Made by a program: the position numbers and the translations under genes
Assembly: GCA_009914755.4 (NCBI GenBank)
Contig: CP086569.2
Span: 15,936,001-16,000,000, forward strand
DNA: 64,000 bases
Direction: 5' to 3'
From: the human T2T-CHM13v2.0 reference genome, Homo sapiens
Shown: in pieces, positions 14,685-33,649 of the stretch
How positions within the stretch are numbered: position 1 is the first letter of the stretch
How the letters are laid out: each line of letters begins with the position of its first letter
The notes under the pieces: model-generated
Database searches by the model: none
Seen by the model: the letters and a program-made list of their open reading frames with translations, nothing else
Told to the model about the DNA's origin: nothing

Positions 14685-15917
14685 AATTTTTTATTAGTCC
14701 TAGATCACATTTATTTTTTCCTATGTTTCTTGTAGAAGTATTAAAGGTTTACATTTTAAATAAATGTGTAGATGTAGGCCAATCGTTCATTTTGAGTTAG
14801 TTTTTTATGATGCAAGTTATATATGTATTTTTTTGTTTGCATATGGACATCTGATTATTCTAGCATCATGTGTTTAAAATAAACATTCTCCACAAAATTG
14901 TCAGAAATCATTTGTCTATACATGCACGTGTCTATTTCTGGATATGGTATTGTGTTCCCTTGACTTCTTTGTCTATGTTGGTGGACAATAGCATACTGTT
15001 TGATTACATCACCTTTATAATAAAAAACTTGAAATCAGGTAAAGTACATTCTCCAACTTTATTCTCCATTTTTAAAGTCAATTTGGCCAGTCAAGATTCT
15101 TGGCATGTCTATGTTCATTTCCAGTTCAGCTTGTCAGTGTTCCACCCCAAAAAGCTTGCTGTGAATTTGATTGCTATTTTGTGAAATGCCTTGGCACATT
15201 TGAGGTTAATGCACATATTAACAATAACAAGTGCTGTGTTCTGACTTTTAATACTGTATATTTCTTGGCAATGTGCTTGGGTTTACCATGCACAGGTCTT
15301 TAATATCTTTTGTAAGATTCACCCTGTAAATATTCTGTGTATTTCTTATTGTGTAAAAAGCTATCTAATTTTTATTTTAGTTTTGATTCCTATAGCTAGT
15401 GTAAAACAGTACAATTGATTTCTGTATATTGATTATATCTTGTGCAATCTTTTCTTACCAGATAGTATTAATTGATTGTTAATGAGTTATTAATCCATTA
15501 TTCATTCATTTTAATGAATTATTAGTTCATTGTGAATTTTACCTTGTTGGGTGCTTGAAATGTTCACATTCCCATAACTGCCTTTGACATTCGTTCTGAG
15601 ATAAATTTAAATTACTTGGGCACAATTTGATTCTGAGTTTTAAGGTCTTATTTAAATCTTAGCTTACATCTTACTTTCAAGATTTACTAGATTGGACTGA
15701 AACCATTCTCAGAAAAGGGCTAATTAATGATCCCTTCCTGAGGCACCATCATTCTGTGCACTTTACCTAATGCCCCATGTTTCATGCAATTCTCTAGTCA
15801 GGCTGTTTGGAACAGAAATTATTTTGGCCCTGACTGATCTTTGGGAAATGTTCATTTTCATCTTCTTAGGTGGTTTGTTGACTTACCTGGTGTGATTTTC
15901 TATAGATTTGTGCTAAA

Positions 15918-16564
15918 GTTGTTAGGTGGTTATATGCTTTGGCTACATCCTGACCCAAATTCCATCTTGAATTGTTGCTCCCATAATGTCCACATGTATC
16001 GCAAGGACAAAAAACCAAACACCGCATATTCTCACTCATAGGTGGGAATTGAACAATGAGAACACATGGACACAGGAAGGGGGACATCACACACCGGGAT
16101 GTGTTGTGGGGTAGGGGGAGAGGGAAGGGATAGCATTAGGAGATATACCTAATGTTAAATGACAAGTTAATGGGTGCAGCACATCAACGTGCACATGTAT
16201 ACATATGGAACCAACCTGCACGTTGTGCACATGTAACCTAAAACTTAAGGTATTAAAAAAAAAATCTCCACATGTTATGGGAGGAACCCAGTGAGAGATA
16301 ATTGAATCATGGGGTCAGGTCTTTCCCATGTTGTTCTCATGATAGTGACTAAGTCTCATGAGATCTGATGGTTTTATAAAGGAGAATATTTCTGCATGCA
16401 TGCTTTTTGCCTGCCATTTAAGGTATGCCTTTGCTTCTCTTTTGCCTTCTGCCATGATTGTGAGGTCTCTCCAACTGTGTGGAACTGTGAGTCCATTAAA
16501 CCTCTTTCTTTTATAAATACCCAGTCTTGGGTCTTTATTAGCAGTGTGAGAATGAAATAATACA
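15918..16564 (+). mobile_element. THE1/MST-type MaLR solo LTR split by a nested L1 3'-end insertion (LTR parts 15918-15997 and 16267-16564)
   Basis: ggctacatcctgacccaaattccatcttgaattgttgctcccataatgtccacatgt | L1 | tctccacatgttatgggaggaacccagtgagagataattgaatcatggggtcaggtctttcccatgttgttctcatgatagtgactaagtctcatgagatctgatggttttataaagg...cctctttcttttataaatacccagtcttgggtctttattagcagtgtgagaatgaaataataca. Confidence 0.65.
15998..16264 (+). mobile_element. L1PA 3'-terminal fragment (~265 bp) with poly(A), inserted into the MaLR LTR with a 9-bp TSD TCCACATGT
   Basis: atcgcaaggacaaaaaaccaaacaccgcatattctcactcataggtgggaattgaacaatgagaacacatggacacaggaaggggg...aacctgcacgttgtgcacatgtaacctaaaacttaaggtattaaaaaaaaaa. 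tccacatgt occurs at 15989-15997 and again at 16267-16275, directly flanking the insert. Confidence 0.9.
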
Positions 16565-16964
16565 GGTGATTATTTCCCCATCCTTGTGTAGGTTCCTCAT
16601 ACCTATGCAGTGATACACACTCAGAGGAAAACTTCAGCAGTTTTCTCCGCAGATCTCCATTCTCATCTGGGTGAAGCTACCTCTCTCCTTGTACTCTGCC
16701 CTGAGAGACCTAGCAGCCTTGTTTTCCCAAGACTCAAAGACTTTTGAGCTCAACCTGGCTTCTCCCTTTATAAGTCAGGCCTGGGAAACACTTTCAAGCC
16801 AATAAGCTGGGGCAATACTACATCTCATCTTGTTTCCCTCTTGCCAAGATCACTATTCTTAAGCACTATTTCTTGCTTTTCATTTTCTTAAAAGTTGTCA
16901 GTTTCTTACATTTTCTCCATTTTTGGCTGATTCCAGGACAGCAAAATAGGTCCCTTTTAGATAG

Positions 16965-18249
<1,285 letters not shown>

Positions 18250-18455
18250 CTTTTTTTTTCATTTTTTTATTATTTATGTATTTATTTATTTTTATTATAC
18301 TTTAAGTTCTAGGGTACATGTGCACAATGTGCAGGTTTGTTACATATATATACGTGTGCCATGTTGGTGTGCTGCACCCCTTAACTTGTCATTTATGTTA
18401 GGTATATCTCCTAATGCTATCCCTCCCCACTCCCCCCACCCCACAACAGACCCCG

Positions 18456-22283
<3,828 letters not shown>

Positions 22284-22349
22284 TATGATGTTAGCTGGTT
22301 ATTTTGCTCGTTAGTTGATGCAGTTTCTTCCTAGCCTCGATGGTCTTTA

Positions 22350-23366
22350 AATTTTGGCATGATTTTGCAGTGGCTGCTACCGGTTGTTCCTTTCCATGTT
22401 TAGTGCTTCCTTCAGGAGCTCTTTTAAGGCAGTCCTGATGGTGACTGGTGACAAAATCTCTCAGCATTTGCTTTCTGTAAATTATTTTATTTCTCCTTCA
22501 CTTATGAAGCTTAGTTTGGCTGGATATGAAATTCTGGTTGGAAATTCTTTTCTTTAAGAATGTTGAATATTGGCCCCCACTCTCTTCTGGCTTGAAGAGT
22601 TTCTGCCAAGAGATCCACTGTTAGTCTGATGGGCTTCCCTTTGTGGTTAACCTGACCTTTCTCTCTGGCTACCCTTAACATTTTTTCCTTCATTTCAACT
22701 TTGGTGAATCTGACAATTATGTGTCTTGGAGTTGCTCTTCTCGAGGAGTATCTTTGTGGCATTCTCTGTATTTCCTGAATCTGAATGTTGGCCTGCCTTG
22801 CTAGATTGGGGAAGTTCTCCTGCATAATATCCTGCAGAGTGTTTCCCAACTTGGTTCCATTCTGCCCGTCACTTTCAGGTACACCAATCAGATGTAGATT
22901 TGGTCTTTTCACATAGTCCCATATTTTTTGGAGGCTTTGTTCGTTTCTTTTTTTTCTTTTTTCCCTAAACTTCCCTTCTTGCTTCATTTCATTCATTTGA
23001 TCTTCCATCACTGATACCCTTTCTTCCAGTTGATCGCATCGGCTCCTGAGGCTTCTGCATTCTTCCTGTAGTTCTCGAGCCTTGGCTTTCAGCTCCATCA
23101 GCTCCTTTAAGCACTTCTCTGTATTGGTTATTCTAGTTATACATTCTTCTAAATTTTTTTCAAAGTTTTCAACTTCTTTACCTTTCGTTTGAATTTCCTC
23201 CTGTAGCTTGGAGTAGTTTGATTGTCTGAAGCCTTCTCTCAACTCGTCAAAGTCATTCTCTGTCCAGCTTTGTTCCACTGCTGGTGAGGAACTGCGTTCC
23301 TTTGGAGGAGGAGAGGCTCTCTGCTTTTTAGAGTTTCCAGTTTTCCTGCTCTGTTTTTTTCCCCAT
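22350..23366 (-). pseudogene. L1 ORF1 (ORF1p), disrupted by a +1 insertion in the A-run after ATGGGG and a 1-bp deletion near the C-terminus
   Basis: Revcomp of 23341-23366 reads atggggaaaaaaacagagcaggaaaactggaaactctaa (7 As where L1PA has 6), giving a stop after 12 codons. At the 3' side ...ttccaaccagaatttcatatccagccaaactaa lacks one c relative to caacccagaatttcatatccagcc, which truncates the C-terminal ~60 aa. Confidence 0.85.
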
Positions 23367-24311
23367 CTTTGTGGTTTTATCTACATTTGGTCTTTGATGA
23401 TGGTGATGTACAGATGGGTTTTTGGTTTGGATGTCCTTTCTGTTTGTTAGTTTTCCTTCTGACAGGACCCTCAGCTGCAGGTCTGTTGGAATTTGTTAGA
23501 GGTCCACTGCAGACCCTGTTTGCCTCAGAGGAGTACCCTGCTGTGTGAGGTGTCAGTCTGCCCCTACTGGGGGGTGCCTCCCAGTTAGGCTGCTCGGGGG
23601 TCAGGGATCAGGGACCCACTTGAGGAGGCAGTCTGCCCTTTCTCAGATCTCCAGCTGCGTTTTGGGAGAACCACTGCTTTCTTCAAAGCTGTCAGCCAGG
23701 CAAATTTAATTCTGCGGAGGTTACTGCTGTCTTTTTGTTTGTCTGTGCCCTGCCCGCAGAGGTGGAGCCTACAGAGGCAGGCAGGCCTCCTTGTGCTGTG
23801 GTGGGCTCCACCCAGTTGGAGCTTCGGGGCTGCTTTGTTTAACTAAGCAAGCCTGGGCAATGGCGGGCGCCCTTCCCCCAGCCTCGCTGCCACCTTGCAG
23901 TTTGATCTCAGACTGCTGTGCAAGGAATCAGGGAGACTCCATGGGTGCAAGACCCTCCGAACCAGTTGCAGGATATAATTTCCTGCTGCGCCGTTTTTTA
24001 AGCCCGTCAGATAAGCGAAGTATTAGGGTGGGAGTGACCCAATTTTCCAGGTGCCCTCTGTCACTCCTTTCTTTGACTAGGAAAGGGAACTCCCTGACCA
24101 CTTGTGCTTCCCGAGTGAGGCAATGTCTCACCCTGCTTCAGCTCGCACAGGGTGCACTGCATCCACTGTCCTGCGCCCACTGTCTGGCACTCCCTAGTGA
24201 GATGAACCCTGTACCTCAGATGGAAATGCAGAAATCACCCGTCTTCTGTATCGCTCACGCTGGGAGCTGTAGACCAGAGCTGTTCCTATTCGGCCATCTT
24301 GGCTGCCAGTA
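23367..24311 (-). promoter_or_regulatory. L1PA 5' UTR (internal sense promoter plus antisense promoter region)
   Basis: Sequence identity to the L1PA 5' UTR (ggcagccaagatggccgaataggaacagctctggtctacagctcccagcgtgagcgatacagaagacgg... on the minus strand). Promoter function is inferred from family knowledge and not visible in the sequence itself. Confidence 0.6.
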
Positions 24312-25227
24312 GCAAAATATATTTATTTAAAATATTGTTTTAACCTAAGCCATGCGGAATCACTCTGGATTTCTCATTGATGAGCAATTTTTTACACATA
24401 TTGCCAGTTATATTAGAGTTCAGCATTATGGCAATTATGTCTAGATAAAAATTCACAAACCTTTATGTCCCAGAGTTACTAATTCTTCATACTAAAGCAA
24501 GTTATAGGTGTATTTTCTAGCTTAACAACAAAGCTACAGTTGCAAAAATAACAAGAACAACAAAAATATTAAGGCAGAATGAGGACTTGGGAAAAAATTC
24601 TCTGAATTGGATACAAATCAAAGCCACAAGAAATGCAATAAATAGAAGCAAACAAAAACAAGAACTAAATGTATAATCTTAGCTTAAAGAACATCTTTGC
24701 TTGGGAAACACATGTATGCATGACAATGAAGTAGGCATACTCTGAACATTTTCAATAAGATGTTAATGCCTTCTTTTTCCAAATGAATGAATCAATTTCA
24801 TATTTCTTGTCTTTCAACTGATTCAGTATAGGTATTGTAGGAGCTTTCTATTTCCACACCTGGTATATTTTTTCACAACAAATTTATCTTTGTCTATAAT
24901 ATTTATAAACATTTTTATCATCCTCATAAATTTATCTCTATTATCTTTATAAATTCATCTTCATAAAGCATTCCACACCACTGACACAGAAAAAGGGGAA
25001 ATAAGACAGAGATTTTATTACAAAGAAAGGAGCTAGAAAGGCTGGAAAACTCCAACATCCAGAAACAATGTGGCAATGAGGAAAATGGTAAGGAAACAGA
25101 CATATTTGCAAGGATGCTTTAAAAATGGGAGGCTGTGATATCACAGTTATGTTGACAATTACTCCAGAATAATCATATTCCCATTGGCCATGTTGTGCCT
25201 TTTAATTTCAGTGGACAGAAAGCATAC

Positions 25228-25720
25228 ATTTTAATTTTTAACATTTTTATAGATTTAAAGGGTAGAAGTGCAGTTTTGTTGCATGGATATATTGTGTAGT
25301 GGTGAAGTCTGGGCTTTTAGCATAACCATCACCCAAATAGTGTACATTGTGTTCACTAAGTAATTTCTTATCCCATACCCTTTTCTCATCCTCCCACCCT
25401 TTGAAGGCCCCAGTGTCCATTACTTCGTTCTTTCTGTCCATCATTTTGCTCCCATTAGTAAGTTAGGACATAGTACTTGACTTTTTGTTTCTGAATTGTT
25501 TCACTTAAGATAATGGCCTCCAATTCCATGTGTGTTTTTGTAAAAGAGAAGATTACCTTCTTTTTAAGGCTGTATAGTACTCCACTGTGTATATGTACAA
25601 TATTTTCTTTATCCAAGCATCACTTGATGAACACTTAGGTTGATCATCTTCGCTGCTGTGAAGAGTGAGAAGGTACACTTTTGAATAATTTGTTCTGGAG
25701 GTAAATATATGGATGAAAAG
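25228..25720 (-). mobile_element. Old L1M-type 3'-end fragment
   Basis: ttttaacatttttatagatttaaagggtagaagtgcagttttgttgcatggatatattgtgtagtggtgaagtctgggcttttagcataaccatcacccaaatagtgtacattgtgttc...cacttaagataatggcctccaattccatgtgtgtttttgtaaaag...ggctgtatagtactccactgtgtatatgtacaatattttctttatccaagcatcacttgatgaacacttaggttgatc resembles the antisense L1M 3' end. Confidence 0.6.
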
Positions 25721-26410
25721 AACATGAGTGACTTGGTAGTAGTATTACATCATGAGGAATTTCCTTGGAGATTATTGGATATTCTAAAACATGCAATGGC
25801 TATGCAGTCTTTTGAATCATTCTGACCTCAGGAATTTTAACACAAAAATACATGTCCTTTTATTATTGTGGGGTCTTTAGAAGTTATTAGAAAATAGATC
25901 TTGTTCAACTGTTTCCACAGTATGTTGTAAAACTGTCTGTAAATTGAGTTTCTTGCTTTGTGACATTCTTTAATTTTACATCTAGCAAAGTATGCTTTGG
26001 CAAATAGAGAAAACATAAAGTCCTCATTAACAATCACTTTTTTAAATGAGGGTTAACCATTGACAATATTATTAATATCTAAATGTAAAATATTCATTTT
26101 AGAAGACTGCCCATATAATTGTGAGCTTTCTTTCTCTCCAATGTATATGTGTGTGTTTCCTGACTTTAGATAAATGGGTTTTCTATGAGAAACAGAGGTG
26201 ATTACTTCTCAAATCTTACCTAATCTGAACAGTGTTCTGCAGAATGAGAAACACCAAATTATTGCTTTAAACAACCAACTCTTCCCTCAGTGTGTTCATT
26301 TTATTTATTTACACATTGCATATTTGTTTCAAGTGAAAATGAAAGTGGACTATATCAGAAAGCACACAAGGGGAATGCTTCTCTACCCTGTGCATTAAAA
26401 ATCATTCCTG

Positions 26411-26716
<306 letters not shown>

Positions 26717-28320
26717 AAAATAAAATAGTATTTCCCATGCTTTCCACGTAGACAAATCCATTAGTTTAGTTTCATTTAAGTGTGCTGAAGAGAAGGTGAT
26801 ACTCATTCATCTTGAATCTGATACTGAGAACAAAATGAGTTCAGGGATTAAATTAGAGTAGGCCTTTTTAGTCATTGTAAATCATCTCCATGCAGGGTGG
26901 TGGCTAGGACCTGTTGCATCTCTTATTATTTTTTTCTCTTTAGGAAAATTTAAGTTAGTATTTTCCTCAGTTCATACTCATCCTAGTAAGCCACCTGCTC
27001 TCAATTGAGACAAACGAAATGAAAAACCTTCAGAAGTCAATTAATGAATAATGTTATTTCCTTTCAATATAGGTTACTAAATCTTAGAAGTTTAGGTTTG
27101 ATAAAACCTGACCCATGCAAAATGCTGCTTCCCTTAGGAAGTTATGTATTATTAGAGTGTTATATAGTTTCCATGGCTTATCCATAAGTCAGGAAAACAG
27201 TAAAGTCCAGAGAATCTTAAATTGGAGGTGTAAATGGTACACTATTATGAAATACTTTTGAGCTATATATTATTTCTAACTACTACTCTTCTTCTTTATA
27301 TCTTTGAAATGTTAAGCTTAAGATACATATCCATCCTAAATCTGTAAATTAAATATAGGCCATGAGATGGATGAAAATTTTGGCATGTTACCAAAATGAG
27401 TCTAATATTTTTGAGATTAAAAAATCTGTAAGAATAATTAAGAAAAAATGTAAGAGAAAGAAGTATATGGAAGAAATCCTGTTCTCTCACATACCAATGT
27501 GTACTCCTTTGCTACCATCATAGAGACAATGGGTACTTGAAAGACAGCAAAATATAGCTTTACAGAACAATATTCAAAAGCTAGAAGCAGGTCATCAGTA
27601 TAAGGCATTGATCACACATGAGAAGATAATCTGAAGTCAGTGAAATAATTCCATAAATGTTGTTTGGATATTTGTTAAACTACGTAGTAGGTGTGGTGAA
27701 GAAAGATTCCCTACTCTCACAAAGAAGATCTAAAACTCCTTACAAAATTTAAAACAACAACAAATTATTAGATGAAAAGAGATGATATTTTCAATGAGTT
27801 GGAAGTGGAATATACTTCCAAAGCTTTACACAATATCCAGAAAATTATGGTACCCTGATATGAGATATCAGAACGATGATGTTGGGGACTATATTCATTG
27901 ACCACATGGAAGTCTCGAAGTTATAAATAAACAAAAATATGAAAATGTTTTCTTATTTCCTTTACTATTGAACACATACAAGGGGCAATGGATTAGTTTC
28001 ACTATTTCTTAAAAATCTTAATATTAAAGATTTTTATTATAATATTTTATCTTAGTATTGAAGAAAAATTAATATTAAGACAATAAGGCCAATAAAATAA
28101 TTTTAAAATGTGAAATAAAGTATTCATATGAAAATAGAAATGGCCAAAGAATATATGATAAATGATTAATTACACTAGCAATCAAATAAAACATAAACAT
28201 AGACATGAAAACATTTTTTAATTTATCATATTGGTAAAATAAAATGTTTAAAATATAAAACCTTGCAGCTAAGCTGGGAAAAGGGCATGCATACTTTGGT
28301 TTTAAGATGACTAAATTCAT

Positions 28321-28634
<314 letters not shown>

Positions 28635-28833
28635 TTAGAACTACCTACAACACATATTATTTTAATATGTTTTATACACATATATTTACAGTATCTTTCA
28701 ATTATTCATATTATTTGTTATATTTGTTGCTTCTTTCCGCATATACTATACTGGATCCTAGAAATGTGTTTCTAGGTTGTCAAATACATGAAACTTTTTT
28801 GTTGATGACCCTTGAATTTTATGTCATGCTTAA

Positions 28834-29155
<322 letters not shown>

Positions 29156-29290
29156 TTTTTTTTTTTCTTCTTATAGAGAGGGTTATCACTGTGTTGCTCA
29201 GGCAGGTCTCAAACTCCTAGTCTCAAGCAATCCTCCTGCCTGGGCCTCCGTAAGTGTTGAAATTACAGGTACAAGTCACAGTGCCCAGCC
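29156..29290 (-). mobile_element. FLAM-like free left Alu monomer (or left half of an older Alu)
   Basis: ttttttttttttcttcttatagagagggttatcactgtgttgctcaggcaggtctcaaactcctagtctcaagcaatcctcctgcctgggcctccgtaagtgttgaaattacaggtacaagtcacagtgcccagcc corresponds to the antisense left monomer only. No right arm lies upstream of the neighbouring AluY. Confidence 0.7.
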
Positions 29291-29664
29291 AAGCTGAAAA
29301 AAAATACTTTTAACATGGACAATCCACTGCTAAAAATGGGAGACATAGAAATACAAGGCCACTGCATCATTTCTATAGTATATAGATACAGTCCTGTGCG
29401 TTAAATGGAATCATCATTATTTAGGTAAAAATTAGGAACCTCATTTATCTTAGAATAAATGATCAACTTTCAGCAATGGATGAAAATTTTAATTTCTCCT
29501 AGAAAGGGGAGAGTTACAGCTTAAAACATTTATATTTTATACCCTAAGACTAGTGTCTTAAGCCATAAGAGTGGTTACAACATAAACCATTTGTGTTTGG
29601 ATTTTGCCAAGGATTTTGAATTTACTCAACATTGCTATGTGTTGTTTATCACAATTTCAGTATT

Positions 29665-30005
29665 AGGGGCCATGTGTGGTGGCTCATACCTAGTATGCCA
29701 GCACTTTAGGAGGCTGAGGTGGCTGACCCACTTGAGTCTAGGAGTTTTAGATCAGCATAAATAACAAAGTGAGACCTTATCTCTACCAAAAAAGAAAAAA
29801 AAAAAGCCCGTCATTGTGACACGTGTCTTTGGTCCCAAATACTAGGAGACTGAAGTGGGTAGATTTCCTGAGCCCAGGAAGTCCAGGCTGCAGTGAGCTG
29901 TGATCACACCAGCTAGATAATACACTCCAGCCTAGATGACAGAATGAGAGTCTCCCTCAAATTTCAAAAAAGACAAAATAACAACACCGAAAAAAAGAAA
30001 AAAAA
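29665..30005 (+). mobile_element. Alu (J-type, strongly diverged) with A-rich middle and tail
   Basis: ggggccatgtgtggtggctcatacctagtatgccagcactttaggaggctgaggtggctgacccacttgagtctaggagttttagatcagc...ctctaccaaaaaagaaaaaaaaaaagc...ctaggagactgaagtgggtagatttcctgagcccaggaagtccaggctgcagtgagctgtgatcacacc...ctccagcctagatgacagaatgagagtctccctcaaatttcaaaaaagacaaaataacaacaccgaaaaaaagaaaaaaa. Confidence 0.85.
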
Positions 30006-33000
30006 CTCTTGGCATTAGTCCTGAAACTGAACAATATATTTAATTCTCAAAATGATTGAGTGTCAATCAGGTATGTGCACCTATATTTCCTCAGAAGCAC
30101 AATTCTATGTTTTCAGCTGTGTGTGTGTGTTTGCATATTTAGATGCTTGCTGGAGTCAGACTATTCTAAACCATACACTTATCTATAGAGGAGTACACTG
30201 CAAATGAGTTTGGTTTCTGAGTCATCTCACTCATTAGTCATGTTTTGTCATTGTAACATCAGATTATTTGTGGCATCTTATGAGAAATAGCCTTCAAGGA
30301 GACAGTTCATGATAGCTTGCTGTTTAAAGTGTTCTTATTTAAATTCCCAAGGATTTCATGAGAACTGAACATAGTGTTTTTCCACTCAATATCAGGAATA
30401 TTCATGCTTATTTTGTGGCAAGCATTGTTTTTTATCTTAAAATGTTTGTGGAAACATATGAATGAAAGACATGTAACCCCAGTTTAGCAACACCTATAAC
30501 ATAACATCATGCTTTGCTTAAGACTTTCGATCAGACATCCTGTCTTCCCTAACCCTTTGACTTTTTGTTCTATTCCACTTTCCTAAGATATATATTCCTT
30601 TATCAAAGAATTTATAGTGCACTATTTTTTCTTGTCTATATTTATGAATGCACAATAAAACAACTTCTTGAAGAAGGGTGTGCACATGGGTGTGTGTGTG
30701 TGCTTGGCTTTTATTTGTCCTTTAAGTGCAGAACAATGGTTTCATTTGACTGTAAAGCTGTATCTCCTTCTTTCTTGGCATGTAAAGATGGCAGGTGGAG
30801 CATTCTTTGCCTGCTACCCTCTCCCAGCCACTCTCATGTTAGTGAAAGAATGGTTTGGGCTATGCCTTCACCATATAATTGAACCCCCATATCTATGATT
30901 GCAAACAACAATGGCAGACACTTGGCAAAGAAAACTTGTATTGTACTGTTCTTCACCCTTGTGTTCTCCTGGAGATGGTAATTAATGTTTCCTGATTTTT
31001 TTAGGAAGCTCTATTATATTTGAGTCATCTAGAAAGACTCTATCTTTAGAAGTCCCTAGCTAAAGTAGAGATTCAGTTGAAATTATTCTGCATTGGGAGG
31101 CAAGAAACTCTTGAGACATATACACCCAACCATTGTCCAGATAGAAGAGAGGATACGGGATGTGTTCAGATAGCCATTGGTCCCAACTGTCCTGTTAACT
31201 ATCTATCTCTGAAGTATGGAAGATAGAGGAAACAGCAGTTTTTAACAATAACAAGGATATTTTGAAACCATTACACCATTCTGAGAAGCAGAGCCTGGGG
31301 AAAGTGTCCTTCCCTTTTTCCTTGGAGGATATCTAACTATTTCTGTCATTTCAGCTGTGGGATAGGCATAAGCATGAATCTGTCGTAGATTCCCAGGCCT
31401 GTGTGGTGGCCTTTGTAAGAGACACAGTGCTCTATACATTACCATTTCTGAGATTACTGTGCACTTGGGAGTGAATGACAGAATCCCAGAAATTTCAATT
31501 TATTTTCTTTGTGATTAAAAACATCTGCAAATGTGCATCAAATTCTTTAAATTGCCATGGGAAAAAATATCACAGGAAATAATTCTCTAATATTATAAAA
31601 AGAGATTAAGTGTTAAATATATAATCCTGCACTAAGAAACAATACTGGATGAAGTAAAATGTCAAATAGTCAGAAAATGATGAAGTTTTAAGTTTAAGCA
31701 AATAGTTGGTGAATGGGATTTAATAAAACATATCTGTTGTTTCAATAATTCTCTGCTTTTGGAGGTGGTCCACACATTCACTCTCCACCATAGATCTGTA
31801 TGAACTTATCATCTGTGACATTTACAAAGTCTCATTTCTGTATTTTGATAAATATCTACTCAAATTGTTATAAGAAAAGTTATATTTACAGATAACTATC
31901 AACAGTGTTGCCTTCCAAACATTGAATTATTATTCCAGGGAAACATTGGCTTTTGAAAATAGAATTTCATAAAATAGACACGTTTCCCCGTCAATATGTA
32001 ATCTGTGAAACTTATTTTTGTGGCATGTTTAGAATGTATCAAATTATTTCATGAGAAACTGCCAGACTCAGTCATCAAAATCTGTCTTACATATTGAGTG
32101 CTCTGCTAGGAATTATTCAGCTCATATTTATTCCATACTCAAGAGTTTAGATTTGAAAGAGACAATGTAAAATTGTTCCATTATTTTTTAGTGATTCTAT
32201 CTCTTCTGGTTTATCTAGAAATTATGCCTGCTTTAAATAAACAAGTTTCTTCCTGTTGAAATCCAACCTATGCATTCGTGAGAGTTTTGATAGGTGAGAT
32301 TCCTGAGTGGATATTTTTGGATTTAAATGCAATATAGAATTTTCTTAAATTAGAAAGTAAAGAAAATTATTCCACAGCAAAGGTATTTTTCTCATAATTG
32401 AAAATGACAACATGGTACAGAAGTTAGATATGTGCCAACTTTGAATATAGAGTGCTCATTTTCAACCTTGGACTAATTCAGCAAAGTGCAAGCGGCCCAA
32501 ACCTGAGACAATTTATTTAGCTCCATCAACCACAATTCCATCAAATCCAATTGTCATTGTGAAGATCTATTAGATAATATACATAAGTACAACATTGACA
32601 TATAATAAATGACTGGCATGTCTTTATACATTTCACAAGGTAACATGATTTCATATGCTTGTAGTTTCATTAATGGTGTCTTATCAATGTTAGCTTTTCG
32701 GTATTGCTTGAAATGCCATGAACAAGACCAAGAGGGGGAAGAGTCAGCAATGGCCACTTCAAGACAGAGCTGAAGGCAGAGATAATGGTTTCTTGTTTGC
32801 CAGGGATAGAGGATGCTTCATGATAACTATAAGTTAATTATCCCAGTGTTTCAGATATGTGCAATTGTGAGCTTGAGAAATTTTATGGTGAAAATTTAGG
32901 ATGAAAAGCCTAATCTGTGTGCTACCCTCTCCTAATAGTAAAAGGTTAACTGAGTCTTGATACATAGAAGGCGTTTCTTAGCTTTATTATTTTTGTTGCC

Positions 33001-33649
33001 AGATGCTGTGTACATACACACAAAGAACACCTAAAAGTGCTGAAAAAAATCTGCATGCCATGCAGTGGTCATTCAAACCATTCACATCACATCACATTCT
33101 GCTTTAATCAACTGCAATGCTTTTATGGGGTCTCTCATATTTAGCTTCCAAATGAATCAGTGTATTAATACCAACACACAAAATGTCCATGTCTTTGTCC
33201 TCTTAATCCATCCCTATATTACAAAGATTACATAAATAAAAAATATATTATAGAAGACATAGGCTTTGGGCATAGAATATAGAGTATTATTGGCCCAGTT
33301 TTTTCAGATTTGGAAGAGTACATCTCTTTGAGACAACTTCCATTTACAGAGCTGCAGCTCTTTCCACAGAAGTGAACATTAAGATCTAGGTAGTGACTTT
33401 TCCAGAAAAGAATGTTGAGGACCTTATTCTATTTTCTAAAGGCTTCATCAAAAGAGAGATTTATGCTACTGTTAGCCCCTCTGCAAGCACTAAAAACAGA
33501 GAAAAGTAAATTGCCTTATGAAACAGTTAATCCAGAACATAGGATACTATCTTTAGTACTTCAGAACAAATGACACACCATACATAACCTGGTGATTAAC
33601 CTTCAGAAAAGAAAGATGTGACCTTAATTCCAATATAGTTGCCATCTTT

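Noticed and set aside
24312-24330. Possible continuation of the old L1M element on the far side of the full-length L1PA insert, which would define the L1PA TSD
   Set aside because: The sequence after 24311 (cagtagcaaaatatatttatttaaaatattg...) does not convincingly continue the L1M consensus. I could not establish the TSD or decide whether the L1PA 5' end is at 24307 or 24316.
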